Positions 23,526-32,000 are shown, numbered from the stretch's first letter. The stretch is DNA of 32,000 nucleotides from Candidatus Methylomirabilis limnetica (GCF_003044035.1 NZ_NVQC01000008.1:1-32000), one strand, 5' to 3'. A program made the numbers and translations. Notes: generated from the letters alone by a model not told the origin.

Positions 23526-24437
23526 ATGGGTTTCATTAGCTCATTATTTAAGTGTGGTGGGAAGTCCGGCAGGAAGCTCATCGAGGCCTCTAAATCAGGA
23601 GGCACCAAAACAGTCAAGAGCCTGTTAGCTGCAAGCGCTGATACGAACGCGAGGGATAAACATTACTGGACGGCCTTGATGCATGCGTCTTGGCATGGGC
23701 ATGTCGGGGTTACAGAGCTGTTACTCAATCAAGGCGCCGAGGTGAACGCGACGGATAAAGATGGCTGGACCGCCCTGATGCGGGCGTCTTGGCATGGCCA
23801 TACCGAGGTTGCAGATCTACTGCTCAAAAAAGGCGCCGAGGTGAACGTGGGCGAAAAACATGGCTGGACCGCCCTGATGCGTTCGTCTGGGCATGGGCGT
23901 ATCGGGGTTACAGAGCTACTGCTCAATCAAGGCGCCGAGGTGAACGCGAGGGACAAGCATGGCTGGACCGCCCTGATGCATGCGTCTGGAAATGGGCGTA
24001 CCGGGGTTGCAGAGGTGTTACTCAATCAAGGCGCCGAGGTGAACGCGACGGATAAAGATGGCTGGACGGCCCTGATGCGTGCGTCTTGGCATGGCCATAC
24101 CGAGGTTGCAGATCTACTGCTCAAAAAAGGCGCCGAGGTGAACGTGAGGAATAATAGTGGCGGGACGGCCCTGATGCGTGCGTCTGAGAAAAGGCATTCC
24201 GAGACTGTAGGGTTGCTGCTCAGTCAAGGCGCTGAGGTGAACGCGAGGGACGAGCATGGCTGGACGGCCCTGATGCGTGCGTCCGAGAAAGGGCATTTCA
24301 GGGTTACGGTCATGCTGCTCAATCAAGGCGCTGAGGTGAACGTGAAGGATGATACCGGTGGGACGGCCCTGCTGCGTGCGTCTGGGAATAGGCATTCTAC
24401 GGTTGCTGAACTGCTGAAGAGGCACGGGGCGTCCTAA
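23526..24437 (+). CDS. Ankyrin-repeat protein, array member 1 (303 aa, about 8-9 ANK repeats)
   Basis: The 33-aa repeat DGWTALMxASxxGHxxVxELLLNQGAEVNAxD recurs throughout. The N-terminus is MGFISSLFKCGGKSG. Confidence 0.9.
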   Translation: MGFISSLFKCGGKSGRKLIEASKSGGTKTVKSLLAASADTNARDKHYWTALMHASWHGHVGVTELLLNQGAEVNATDKDGWTALMRASWHGHTEVADLLLKKGAEVNVGEKHGWTALMRSSGHGRIGVTELLLNQGAEVNARDKHGWTALMHASGNGRTGVAEVLLNQGAEVNATDKDGWTALMRASWHGHTEVADLLLKKGAEVNVRNNSGGTALMRASEKRHSETVGLLLSQGAEVNARDEHGWTALMRASEKGHFRVTVMLLNQGAEVNVKDDTGGTALLRASGNRHSTVAELLKRHGAS

Positions 24438-24627
24438 GAACACGACGCCTGGTTTCGCGCATTGAACTTTCTAAATCGGGCGATGCTCCTGACTCTCGCG
24501 GGCCCTATCTAGAGGGTCTCAAGGTGTGGAACGGTTGCCTCGAATCCGGTGTTCTGGCAAGGATCGGCTGAAGCTGCTTACTGGACGAGATGGACGCACT
24601 GGGGTGTAGTATTTAAAAGGAGGCTAT

Positions 24628-25533
24628 ATGGGTTTCTTAGGCTCATTATTTGGGGGTGGTGGGAAACTTGGGCTCATCGAGGCGTCCAAATCTGGAGACA
24701 CCGAAAAAGTCAAGAGCCTGTTAGCTGAAGGCACTGACGTGAACACAAGGGATAGGGAGGGCTGGACAGCCTTGATGCATGCCTCCAGGCACGGGCACGC
24801 CGGGGTTGTAGAGCTGCTGCTCAATCAAGACGCCGATGTGAACGTGATTGACAACAATGGCTGGACGGCCTTGATGCATACCTCCTGGAATGGGCATACA
24901 GGGATTGCGGGGTTGCTGCTTCATAAGGGCGCTGATGTGAACTTAGGCGATAAACATGGCTGGACGGCCATGATGTATGCGTCCGAGAATGGGCACATCG
25001 GGGTTATAGAGCTGCTGCTCAAGAACGGCGCTGACGTGAACGCCAGGACTAATAATGGCGGGACGCTCCTGATCATCGCGTCTACAGAAGGGCATACCGA
25101 GATTGTCGATCTGCTGCTTAAGAACGGCGCTGAGGTGAACGCGAAGGCGAATGATGGCGGGACAGCTCTGATACGTACGTCTGCAGAAGGGCATACCGGG
25201 ATTGTCGATCTGCTGCTTAAGAAAGGCGCTGAGGTGAACGCGAAGGATAAAGAGGGCTGGACGGCCCTGATGCGTACGGCTTCGGAAGGGTATATCGGAA
25301 TTGTGAAGCTGCTGCTTAATGGCGGCGCTGACGTAAACGCAACGGCCAATGATGGCGGGACGGCCATGATGCATGCCTCCTGGTATGGGCGTTTCGTGGT
25401 CGTGGAACTGCTGCTCAATAACGGCGCCGAGGTGAGCGCGAAGGATCGAAGGGATTGGACGGCTGAGTCGTATGCGGCTGGGAATGGGCATCAAAACATT
25501 GTTGATATGCTGGAGAGCCGTAAGGCACGCTAG
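24628..25533 (+). CDS. Ankyrin-repeat protein, array member 2 (301 aa)
   Basis: It has the same 33-aa repeat. The N-terminus is MGFLGSLFGGGGKLG, and AAAGGAGG lies upstream. Confidence 0.9.
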   Translation: MGFLGSLFGGGGKLGLIEASKSGDTEKVKSLLAEGTDVNTRDREGWTALMHASRHGHAGVVELLLNQDADVNVIDNNGWTALMHTSWNGHTGIAGLLLHKGADVNLGDKHGWTAMMYASENGHIGVIELLLKNGADVNARTNNGGTLLIIASTEGHTEIVDLLLKNGAEVNAKANDGGTALIRTSAEGHTGIVDLLLKKGAEVNAKDKEGWTALMRTASEGYIGIVKLLLNGGADVNATANDGGTAMMHASWYGRFVVVELLLNNGAEVSAKDRRDWTAESYAAGNGHQNIVDMLESRKAR

Positions 25534-25723
25534 GGGCAAGACGTCGGTGTCACCCATGACAATGCCTCAATTGGGCGATGCGCGCATCCCGCGCAGGCTC
25601 CATCGATAAGGTCTCAAGACGTGAGGCGGCCGTCTCTGATCCGGTGTCCTGGTATGGGATCGACCGCAGCCGTTTGCTGGACGAGATGGACGGGCTGGGA
25701 TGCGGGAGGTGAAAGGAGGTCGT

Positions 25724-26536
25724 ATGAGTTTCCTTAGCTCATTATTTGAGGGCGGCGGGAAGGGTGGTCACAAGCTTATCGAGGCGTCTAAATCTGGAGA
25801 CACCGAAACAGTCAAGAGCCTGCTCGCCGAAGGCGCTGACGTGAACGCAAGGAATAAAGATGGCGTCACGGCCTTAATGCAAGCGTCCGAGCATGGGCAC
25901 GCCGGGGTTACAGAGCTGTTGCTCGCTCATGGCGCTGACGTGAACGTAAGTAATAAAGATGGCGGCACGGCCCTGTTGCTAGCGTCAGAGCATGGGCACG
26001 CCAAGGTTGCAGAACTGTTGCTAGCTAAAGGCGTTGACGTGAATGCGCGGGATAAAGATGGCTGGACAGCCCTGATTCTTACGTCCTGGCGTGGGCACGC
26101 CAAGGTTGCTGAGTTGCTGCTCAATCACGGCGCTGACGTGAACGCGAAGACTACGAATAGAGTCACTGCTCTGATGCGTGCGTCCGAGAAAGGGCACGCC
26201 GACGTTGTGGGGGTGCTGCTAAATAAAGGTGTTGATGTGGAGGCCAGAGCTGGTGATGGCGCAACTGCCCTCCTACGCGCATCCTGGTATGGGCACGCCG
26301 GGATTGTGGGGTTGCTGCTCAATCAGGGCGCTGATGTGAACGCGAGGGACAATAGCAACGGGACCGCCCTGATACGTGCGACTTGGCATGAGCATACCAG
26401 AGTTGCAGAGCTGCTGATCAACAAAGGCATTGATGTGAATGCGGAAGATAATATGCATGCAACAGCCTGGATGTATGCGTCGCGCAATAAGCTTTCCAAG
26501 ATTGCCAAACTACTGGAGAGACACGGGGCGCACTAA
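25724..26536 (+). CDS. Ankyrin-repeat protein, array member 3 (270 aa, one repeat shorter)
   Basis: It has the same repeat. The N-terminus is MSFLSSLFEGGGKGG. I chose the ATG at 25724 by homology with its paralogs and because AAAGGAGG lies 6 nt upstream; the ORF itself opens at 25700. Confidence 0.88.
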   Translation: MSFLSSLFEGGGKGGHKLIEASKSGDTETVKSLLAEGADVNARNKDGVTALMQASEHGHAGVTELLLAHGADVNVSNKDGGTALLLASEHGHAKVAELLLAKGVDVNARDKDGWTALILTSWRGHAKVAELLLNHGADVNAKTTNRVTALMRASEKGHADVVGVLLNKGVDVEARAGDGATALLRASWYGHAGIVGLLLNQGADVNARDNSNGTALIRATWHEHTRVAELLINKGIDVNAEDNMHATAWMYASRNKLSKIAKLLERHGAH

Positions 26537-26729
26537 GAACAAGACCCCGGGCTTCCCAAATAATGAAATCTCTAATTGGGCTATGCGCTTTACTCTCGCA
26601 GGCCTTATCTAGATGGCCTCAAGGTGTAGGACGGCCGCCTCGAATCCGTCGTCCTGGCAATGGATCGGCCTCGACCGCTGTGCTGGACGAGATGGACGGG
26701 CTGGGGTATGAGGTCTAAAAGGAGGTTGT

Positions 26730-27641
26730 ATGGGTTTCCTTAGCTCATTATTTGGGGGTGGTGGGAAACTTGGCAGCAAGCTCATCGAGGCGTCCAAATC
26801 TGGAGACACCGAAAAAGTCAAGAGCCTGTTAGCTGAAGGCGCTGATGCGAACGCGATAGATAGGGATGGCTGGACAGCCCTGATACATGCGTCGTGGGTC
26901 GGACATCTCGCGGTTGTCGAAGCGCTGCTCGACCGTGGCGCTGATGTGAACGCGCAGGATAAGAATGGGGGGACGGCGCTGATACGGGCGGCTTGGAAAG
27001 AACACGCTCGAGTGGTGGAGATGCTTCTTAGTAAAGGTGCTCAAGTTGACGTAAAGGATAAAGACAGCTTTAGCGCGCTGATGCGTGCGGCATGGAATGG
27101 CCGTTTCGGAGTGATAGAGATGTTACTCAATAACGGGGCGGTTGTGGATGCGAGGGACAAATTTGGTTGTACAGCCCTCATACGCGCGTCGTTGAACGGA
27201 CATACCAGGATTGCAGATCTCCTGCTCAATCGAGGCGCGGACCTGAACGCGCTGGATCAGCATGGCGGGACGGCGCTGATACATGCCGCTGCGCATGGAC
27301 ATACCGGGGTTGCAGATCTCCTGATCAATCGAGGCGCGGATCTGAACGTACGAGATCAATACAACAGGACGGCGCTGATACGGGCCGCTGCGCATGGACA
27401 TACCGGGGTTGCAGAGCTCCTGCTAAATAGAGGCACGGATCAGAACGCGCGAGATCAACATGGCGGGACGGCGCTGATACATGCCGCTGCGCATGGGCAT
27501 ATCGGGGTTGCAGAGCTCCTGCTCAATCGAGGTGCGGACCTGAACATGTGGGATTCCGATGGCGGGACGGCCTTGGAGCGCGCAACTTTGAATGGGCACG
27601 CTAAGGTGTTGGAACTGTTGAAGAAGTACGGGGCACAGTAA
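26730..27641 (+). CDS. Ankyrin-repeat protein, array member 4 (303 aa)
   Basis: It has the same repeat. The N-terminus is MGFLSSLFGGGGKLG. Confidence 0.9.
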   Translation: MGFLSSLFGGGGKLGSKLIEASKSGDTEKVKSLLAEGADANAIDRDGWTALIHASWVGHLAVVEALLDRGADVNAQDKNGGTALIRAAWKEHARVVEMLLSKGAQVDVKDKDSFSALMRAAWNGRFGVIEMLLNNGAVVDARDKFGCTALIRASLNGHTRIADLLLNRGADLNALDQHGGTALIHAAAHGHTGVADLLINRGADLNVRDQYNRTALIRAAAHGHTGVAELLLNRGTDQNARDQHGGTALIHAAAHGHIGVAELLLNRGADLNMWDSDGGTALERATLNGHAKVLELLKKYGAQ

Positions 27642-27650
27642 GATTAAAAG

Positions 27651-27774
27651 CAGCGATTGGCTATCAGCGGTCAAGGGATAGGAGTATAGGCTGAAGACTG
27701 AAGGATCCTCACAATCTTCCGCCTTCAGTCTATTTACCTTCGGCCTTCAGCTTGGTGCTGACTGCTGCCAGCTA
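27651..27774. repeat. Heptad-palindrome intergenic element E3 (between ank4 and ank5)
   Basis: The left arm is CAGCga TTGGCta TCAGCgg TCAAG. A central second palindrome is ggctgaagactgaagg ... ccttcagtct ... ccttcggccttcagc. The right arm is GCTGAct GCTGcca GCT. Confidence 0.5.
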
Positions 27775-27795
27775 TTTTCTAAGAAGGGAGGGTGC

Positions 27796-28707
27796 ATGGG
27801 TTTCCTTGGCTCACTATTTGAGGGTGGTGGGGGGCTTGGTCGTAAGCTCATCGAGGCGTCCAAATCTGGAGCCAGCGGAAAAGTCAAAAGTCTGTTAGCT
27901 GAAGGCGCAGATGCAAGCGCGATGGATCAAGAGGGCTGGACCGCCCTGATGCATGCGTCCTGGCATGGGCATACCGAGGTTGCGGCGCTGCTGCTCAATA
28001 ATGGCGCTGCTGTGGGCGCCATGGCTAATAATGGCGGGACCGCCCTGATACATGCGTCGTGGCATGGGCATGCCGGAATCGTAGAGCTGCTGCTCAATAA
28101 GGGCGCTGATGTGAACACGAACGATCAGGATGGCTTTACGGCGCTTCTGCATGCATCTGAGAAAGGGCATACCGAGGTTGCAGAGCTGCTGCTCAATAAG
28201 GGCGCTGATGCCCACGCCATGGCTAATAATGGCGGGACGGTCCTGATGTTCGCGTCCGGGGAAGGGCATACCAGGATTGCAGAGCTGCTGATCAAACAAG
28301 GTGCCGACGTGAATGCAAGCAATAAAAATGGCTGGACCGCCCTGATGCGTGCGGCTGAGGGTGGGCACACCAAGGCTGTAGAGCTGCTGCTAAAACATGG
28401 CGCTGACGTGAATGCAAGCAATAAAAATGGTGAGACGGTCCTGATGCGTGCGTCCACGAATGGGCGTCCCAGGGTTGCAGAGCTGCTGCTCGATAAAGGC
28501 GCCGACGTGAATGTGAGGGATATTAATAGCGTAACGGCCCTGATGTATGCGTCTGCGGGTGGGAATGCCGGGGTAGTAGAGATACTGCTGAGTAAAGGCG
28601 CTGATATGAACGTCACGTCTAGCGATGGTGGGACGGCCCTCATGTATGCAACGAGGAATGGGTGTGACAGCGTTGTTGAACTGCTGGAGAAGCACGCGAA
28701 GCACTGA
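27796..28707 (+). CDS. Ankyrin-repeat protein, array member 5 (303 aa)
   Basis: It has the same repeat. The N-terminus is MGFLGSLFEGGGGLG. Confidence 0.9.
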   Translation: MGFLGSLFEGGGGLGRKLIEASKSGASGKVKSLLAEGADASAMDQEGWTALMHASWHGHTEVAALLLNNGAAVGAMANNGGTALIHASWHGHAGIVELLLNKGADVNTNDQDGFTALLHASEKGHTEVAELLLNKGADAHAMANNGGTVLMFASGEGHTRIAELLIKQGADVNASNKNGWTALMRAAEGGHTKAVELLLKHGADVNASNKNGETVLMRASTNGRPRVAELLLDKGADVNVRDINSVTALMYASAGGNAGVVEILLSKGADMNVTSSDGGTALMYATRNGCDSVVELLEKHAKH

Positions 28708-28867
28708 GAAAAGGTCTATTGCGTCCGTCGCGTCGATTGCGTTTTTTGCGTTAAACGGTGCGAGGATCATCCCTTTCGGTAAACGCAATCAGGATGGATG
28801 GCACCACATGCGGCTGCTTGTCGCATAAGATGAACGACCTGAGGTGTAAGATCTGAAAGGAGGTACG

Positions 28868-29782
28868 ATGGGTCTCTTTGGCTCATTATTTGGTGGGGGA
28901 GGTGAGAAGCCTGCCGATAGGCTCATTGAGGCGTCGAAGTCCGGAGACATTGAAAAAGTCAAGCGCCTGCTGGCTGAAGGCGCTGATGTGAACGCGAGAG
29001 ATGCAGATGGCTGGACGGCCCTGATACATGCGTCCTGGCACGGGTATACTCCGGTTGTGGAGCTGCTCCTGAATAAAGGCGCCGATGTGCATGTAAGGGA
29101 TAATAAAGGCTCTTTGGTGTTGATATATGCGTCTTGGAGAGGGCATGCCCCGATTGTCGAGCTGCTGCTGAATAAAGGGGCTGATGTGTATGTGAGGAAT
29201 GAAGATGGCGGGATAGCCCTGATGCATGCGTCCAAGCACGGGTATGCCGGGGTTGTGGAACTGCTGCTGAATAAAGGGGCTGATGTCAACGCGAGGGATC
29301 GCGAGGGCTGGACTTCCCTGATGCGAGCGTCCTGGTACGAGCATGCTCCGGTTGTGGAGCTGCTGCTGAATAAAGGCGCTGATGCAAACACAAGGGATCA
29401 GAATGGCGGAACACCCCTGATGCATGCGTCCAAGCACGGGTATGCCGGGGTTGTGGAACTGCTACTGAATAAAGGTGCCGATGTGAATGCCAAGGCGGGT
29501 AATGGCGCTACCGCCCTGGTGTATGCATCTGAGTATGGGTATGCCGGGGTTGTGGAACTGCTACTGAATAAAGGTGCCGATGTGAATGCCAAGGCGGGTA
29601 ATGGCGCGACCGCCCTGATGCTGGCGTCTGGGAATGGGCATGCCGGGAGCGTAGAGGCACTTCTCACTCATGGCGCTGACGTGAAGGCGGAGGATCATAA
29701 TCACCAGACGGCCTGGATGTACGCCTCTACTCACGGGCATACTAAGGTGGCTGAACTGTTGGGGACGCACGAGGCGCACTAA
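28868..29782 (+). CDS. Ankyrin-repeat protein, array member 6 (304 aa)
   Basis: It has the same repeat. The N-terminus is MGLFGSLFGGGGEKP, and GAAAGGAGG lies upstream. Confidence 0.9.
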   Translation: MGLFGSLFGGGGEKPADRLIEASKSGDIEKVKRLLAEGADVNARDADGWTALIHASWHGYTPVVELLLNKGADVHVRDNKGSLVLIYASWRGHAPIVELLLNKGADVYVRNEDGGIALMHASKHGYAGVVELLLNKGADVNARDREGWTSLMRASWYEHAPVVELLLNKGADANTRDQNGGTPLMHASKHGYAGVVELLLNKGADVNAKAGNGATALVYASEYGYAGVVELLLNKGADVNAKAGNGATALMLASGNGHAGSVEALLTHGADVKAEDHNHQTAWMYASTHGHTKVAELLGTHEAH

Positions 29783-29795
29783 AATTGAAAGAAAC

Positions 29796-29880
29796 GTTCA
29801 GCTATCAGCTATCAGCCCTTACCGGTACGTCTCCTGTTTGTACCTGAATCCGACACCTGACCGCTGACTGCTGCGAGCTA
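29796..29880. repeat. Heptad-palindrome intergenic element E4 (after ank6)
   Basis: The left arm is gTTCAGCta TCAGCta TCAGCcc (29796-29817). The right arm is CTGAcc GCTGAct GCTGcga GCTac (29857-29880). Confidence 0.6.
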
Positions 29881-30046
29881 CTTTCGGCTCCTCTTCCAAA
29901 GGTGCCAGAGCGATTGAAGGTCTGCACAGCAGTTATAGAGGTTGCCGATATCGCCCCAGAACGTCCGGTAGCCATTGGCTAAATACCTCGTGAGGGTCTG
30001 GACAGAGAAAGTACCAGGGTTGGAGGAGGGGTAAGTGAAAGCGGAA

Positions 30047-30961
30047 TCAGAGATGAGGGGAAGCGTGCGGAGGGGCGGGGGCGCCGATGAATTTGAGAAA
30101 GGCGTTGCAGATGGGTGAGCGTGAGCGGTGGCGGTGGGTGATGAGGTAGAACTCTCTGGTCAGCTTCAGGCCTGCGACGGGAATAGCGTTGAGTTCGTGG
30201 TGCCTGATGTCGCTCGCGACCGCGAGCCTTGAGATAATAGCGATACCGCCGCCCGTTTTGACCGCTTGCCGGATCGCCTCGTTACTTCCCATCTCCCCGA
30301 TCACCCTGAAGGCGCCCATCGATAGATTGTGCTGCTCCAGGGCCTGCTCCATAATCTTGCGCGTTCCAGAGCCTCGCTCCCGAATGAGAAATGGCTGGGT
30401 CGGCAGCTCGCTTGCCTTAACGCTGCTCCGGGACGCCCAGGGGTGCGTGGGTGGTACGACTAAGACCATCTCGTCTTCGGCAAATTTCTGGTACTCAAGC
30501 CTGCCATCGTCGAATTGTGCGCCAACGGCGCCGACCTCATACGCGCCGTCGATTACTGCCTCGATGATCTCTTTCGAGTCAGAGACCTTGAGGACGACAG
30601 AGATGTCCGGGTACTGGGCTCTGAACCGTCCGATCAGGGGCGGCAGTAGATAGCCGCCAGGGATGCTGCTGGCGCCGAGCATCAGTTCTCCCTTCAGCCC
30701 TCCCTTGAGCTCGTCGAGGGCCTGTTGGGCTTCCTGGCGGAGAGCCAGGATCCGCTTGGCATAGCGATACAGCAGGTTGCCAGCCTTTGTTGGGGTGGCC
30801 CGGTGTCCGAGGCGATCTAGGAGCCGGACTCCCGCCTCTCCTTCCAGTTTCTTGATGTGGCCACTAACCGTGGGCTGGGTCAGGTAGGCCGCCTTGGCTG
30901 CCTTCGAGAAGCTTCCTGTTTCGACGATTCCGCAGAACAGTTCGAGGACGTGGATATCCAT
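30047..30961 (-). CDS. LysR-family transcriptional regulator
   Basis: The N-terminal wHTH is MDIHVLELFCGIVETGSFSKAAKAAYLTQPTVSGHIKKLE. It is followed by a LysR substrate-binding-type domain, for 304 aa in total. Confidence 0.93.
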   Translation of the reverse strand: MDIHVLELFCGIVETGSFSKAAKAAYLTQPTVSGHIKKLEGEAGVRLLDRLGHRATPTKAGNLLYRYAKRILALRQEAQQALDELKGGLKGELMLGASSIPGGYLLPPLIGRFRAQYPDISVVLKVSDSKEIIEAVIDGAYEVGAVGAQFDDGRLEYQKFAEDEMVLVVPPTHPWASRSSVKASELPTQPFLIRERGSGTRKIMEQALEQHNLSMGAFRVIGEMGSNEAIRQAVKTGGGIAIISRLAVASDIRHHELNAIPVAGLKLTREFYLITHRHRSRSPICNAFLKFIGAPAPPHASPHL

Positions 30962-30971
30962 GATGGGTCTT

Positions 30972-32000
30972 CTACCTTCTGCGCGGGCAGGCGCCGATCG
31001 CCTCTTGATACAGTTGGAGATAGTTCTGAATCTCCCGTTCCCTGGAGAACTCTCGCTCGATCTTCTCCTTCCCGCTCTTCCCTAGCGCGTAGCGGAGGCG
31101 AGGTTCGCTGATCAACCGCTCAGCCTTGCGGGCGAACTCCGCCTCCGAATCGAAGAGCAGCCCATCGACCCCATCTTGCACTACCGATCGATTCCCCTCG
31201 ATGTCCCTTGCCAGGACGGCTCGCCCGCAACTCATCGCCTCCAGGATGCTATTGGCCATGCCGCCTTCGGATAGCGACGTATTGATCACCACATCTACGG
31301 ACGTAAGTATGGCGCAGACCTGCTCGTGAGGTACCGGCCCCAGGTAGAAGGCCCATGGATAGTCGCGCAGAAGTTCCTGCAATCTGACCCCTTCCGCCGC
31401 CTCAATGATCGGTCCAACGAAGACGGCCTTGACCTGGGGATACCGTATTCTGAGCGCGTCAAGTGGCTTCAGGCAGAAGGTGACATCTTTTATACGCCGG
31501 ATGCCTGAGGGGATGCAGAAGATCAGATCGTCCGGCTGAAGACCCAGGTGCTGTCGGAGATCGAATGGCGTCTCCTGGCAGCGAACCGTCTGGCCGATCA
31601 CTCGTATTCGGTGTTCTACCTCGGGCAGTTCTCCGACGAGCTTGACCCGCATAACGTCGTGAAAGACTACGATACGCGTTGCCCGTTGAAGAATATTCAT
31701 GACCCCTGTCCTCCGGTGAGGATCGAAGAGATCGGTGTTCACATCAGTTCCGGTGACGGTGAGGATCGAGGGGATGTCAAGCCGGAACGCGGCGTCCGTC
31801 ACGATCTGCCCCGAGGAGCTGACATGGAATCCATGGACCAGATCAGGTGTGAATTCTTCCAGTGCCTGCAGGATCTCGCCTGGCGAGATCTCATTCTCCA
31901 GGGACCAGACCCGGACGACCACACCCTGATCTCGCACCCCCGACTCGATACGCTGGACCGTGATCGAATTACCTCGGACGGAGGGGAAATAAAAGGGAGT
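30972..32000 (-). CDS. Glycosyltransferase (GT4/GT1-like), with its 5' end beyond the window
   Basis: The C-terminal half has the EGGMANSILEAMSCGRAVLARDIEGNRSVVQDGVDGLLFD motif (the E-x7-E region of retaining GT-B enzymes). The frame stays open upstream of the first Met to the window edge (…PSVRGNSITVQRIESGVRDQG). Confidence 0.75.
   Translation of the reverse strand, partial: TPFYFPSVRGNSITVQRIESGVRDQGVVVRVWSLENEISPGEILQALEEFTPDLVHGFHVSSSGQIVTDAAFRLDIPSILTVTGTDVNTDLFDPHRRTGVMNILQRATRIVVFHDVMRVKLVGELPEVEHRIRVIGQTVRCQETPFDLRQHLGLQPDDLIFCIPSGIRRIKDVTFCLKPLDALRIRYPQVKAVFVGPIIEAAEGVRLQELLRDYPWAFYLGPVPHEQVCAILTSVDVVINTSLSEGGMANSILEAMSCGRAVLARDIEGNRSVVQDGVDGLLFDSEAEFARKAERLISEPRLRYALGKSGKEKIEREFSREREIQNYLQLYQEAIGACPRRR

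Noticed and set aside
23526-23546. Straightforward call of the MGxxxS N-termini as eukaryotic N-myristoylation sites
   Set aside because: I kept this only as one hypothesis. Phe follows Gly2 in four of six copies, which the classical consensus G-{EDRKHPFYW}-x-x-[STAGCN] excludes. One copy has Ser2, and I cannot show any secretion system or host association in this window.
24560-24580. Sigma54-like TGGCA-N-GC string in the conserved ank spacers (ctggcaaggatcggctg; also about 26655)
   Set aside because: The GG-to-GC spacing is off by one in one copy, and the element is destroyed in the third spacer (tggtatgggatcgacc). No EBP-type activator is nearby, so support is insufficient.
23729-29779. 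Many 60-200 aa antisense and alternate-frame ORFs inside the ankyrin genes (for example 24921-25418, 24943-25557, 28125-28643 and 28789-29391, all on the - strand)
   Set aside because: They are periodic mirror-image translations of the 99-bp ANK repeat (SSSSTT...AVQPSL patterns). They have no independent starts or RBS, while the + strand frames give canonical ANK repeats.

Overview
GC-rich bacterial chromosomal window (roughly 58-60% GC by eye) with three neighbourhoods.

(1) 1-13.0 kb is a debris-rich accessory island.
- A truncated antitoxin-like ORF lies at the window edge.
- Two dispersed repeat families are present. One is a 270-bp element with three copies, two of them 100% identical and bracketing about 11.8 kb. 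The other is a TIR-bounded MITE-like element carrying a Y1/RayT-type transposase remnant.
- A cassette encodes a DUF4268 protein, an SbcD-like phosphoesterase and a YhaN/SbcC-like coiled-coil ATPase.
- A REP cluster contains four tandem 23-bp hairpins and is followed by OLD-like ATPase and IS21-like gene fragments.
- A Fic protein has an internal inhibitory motif and a non-canonical HPFQDCNGR active-site motif.
- There is what looks like a decayed diversity-generating retroelement: a DUF1566 target with a VR-like 3' end plus a 20-codon Avd stub.
- A Tat-exported vanadium-haloperoxidase/PAP2-like protein closes the island.

(2) 13.2-21.4 kb is a Pup-proteasome-type operon, mpa-dop-prcB-prcA-pafA, followed by leucyl aminopeptidase.
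- No pup ORF is visible in the canonical dop-prcB slot (a 28-bp gap) or in any other gap.
- dop and pafA share a 509-bp block with only 9 mismatches, which points to paralog gene conversion.

(3) 21.6-32 kb holds a stand-alone AsnC/RAM-domain protein and an MFS transporter.
- Six tandem ~1.0-1.1-kb units follow, each encoding a 270-304 aa ankyrin-repeat protein with a conserved MGF(L/I)xSLFxGGGK N-terminus.
- A LysR regulator and a partial glycosyltransferase end the window.

A family of palindromic intergenic elements built from heptads, (TCAGCNN)n ... (GCTGANN)n, occurs at least four times. I saw no rRNA, tRNA or CRISPR array. All homology calls come from motif recognition by eye and memory; no searches were run.
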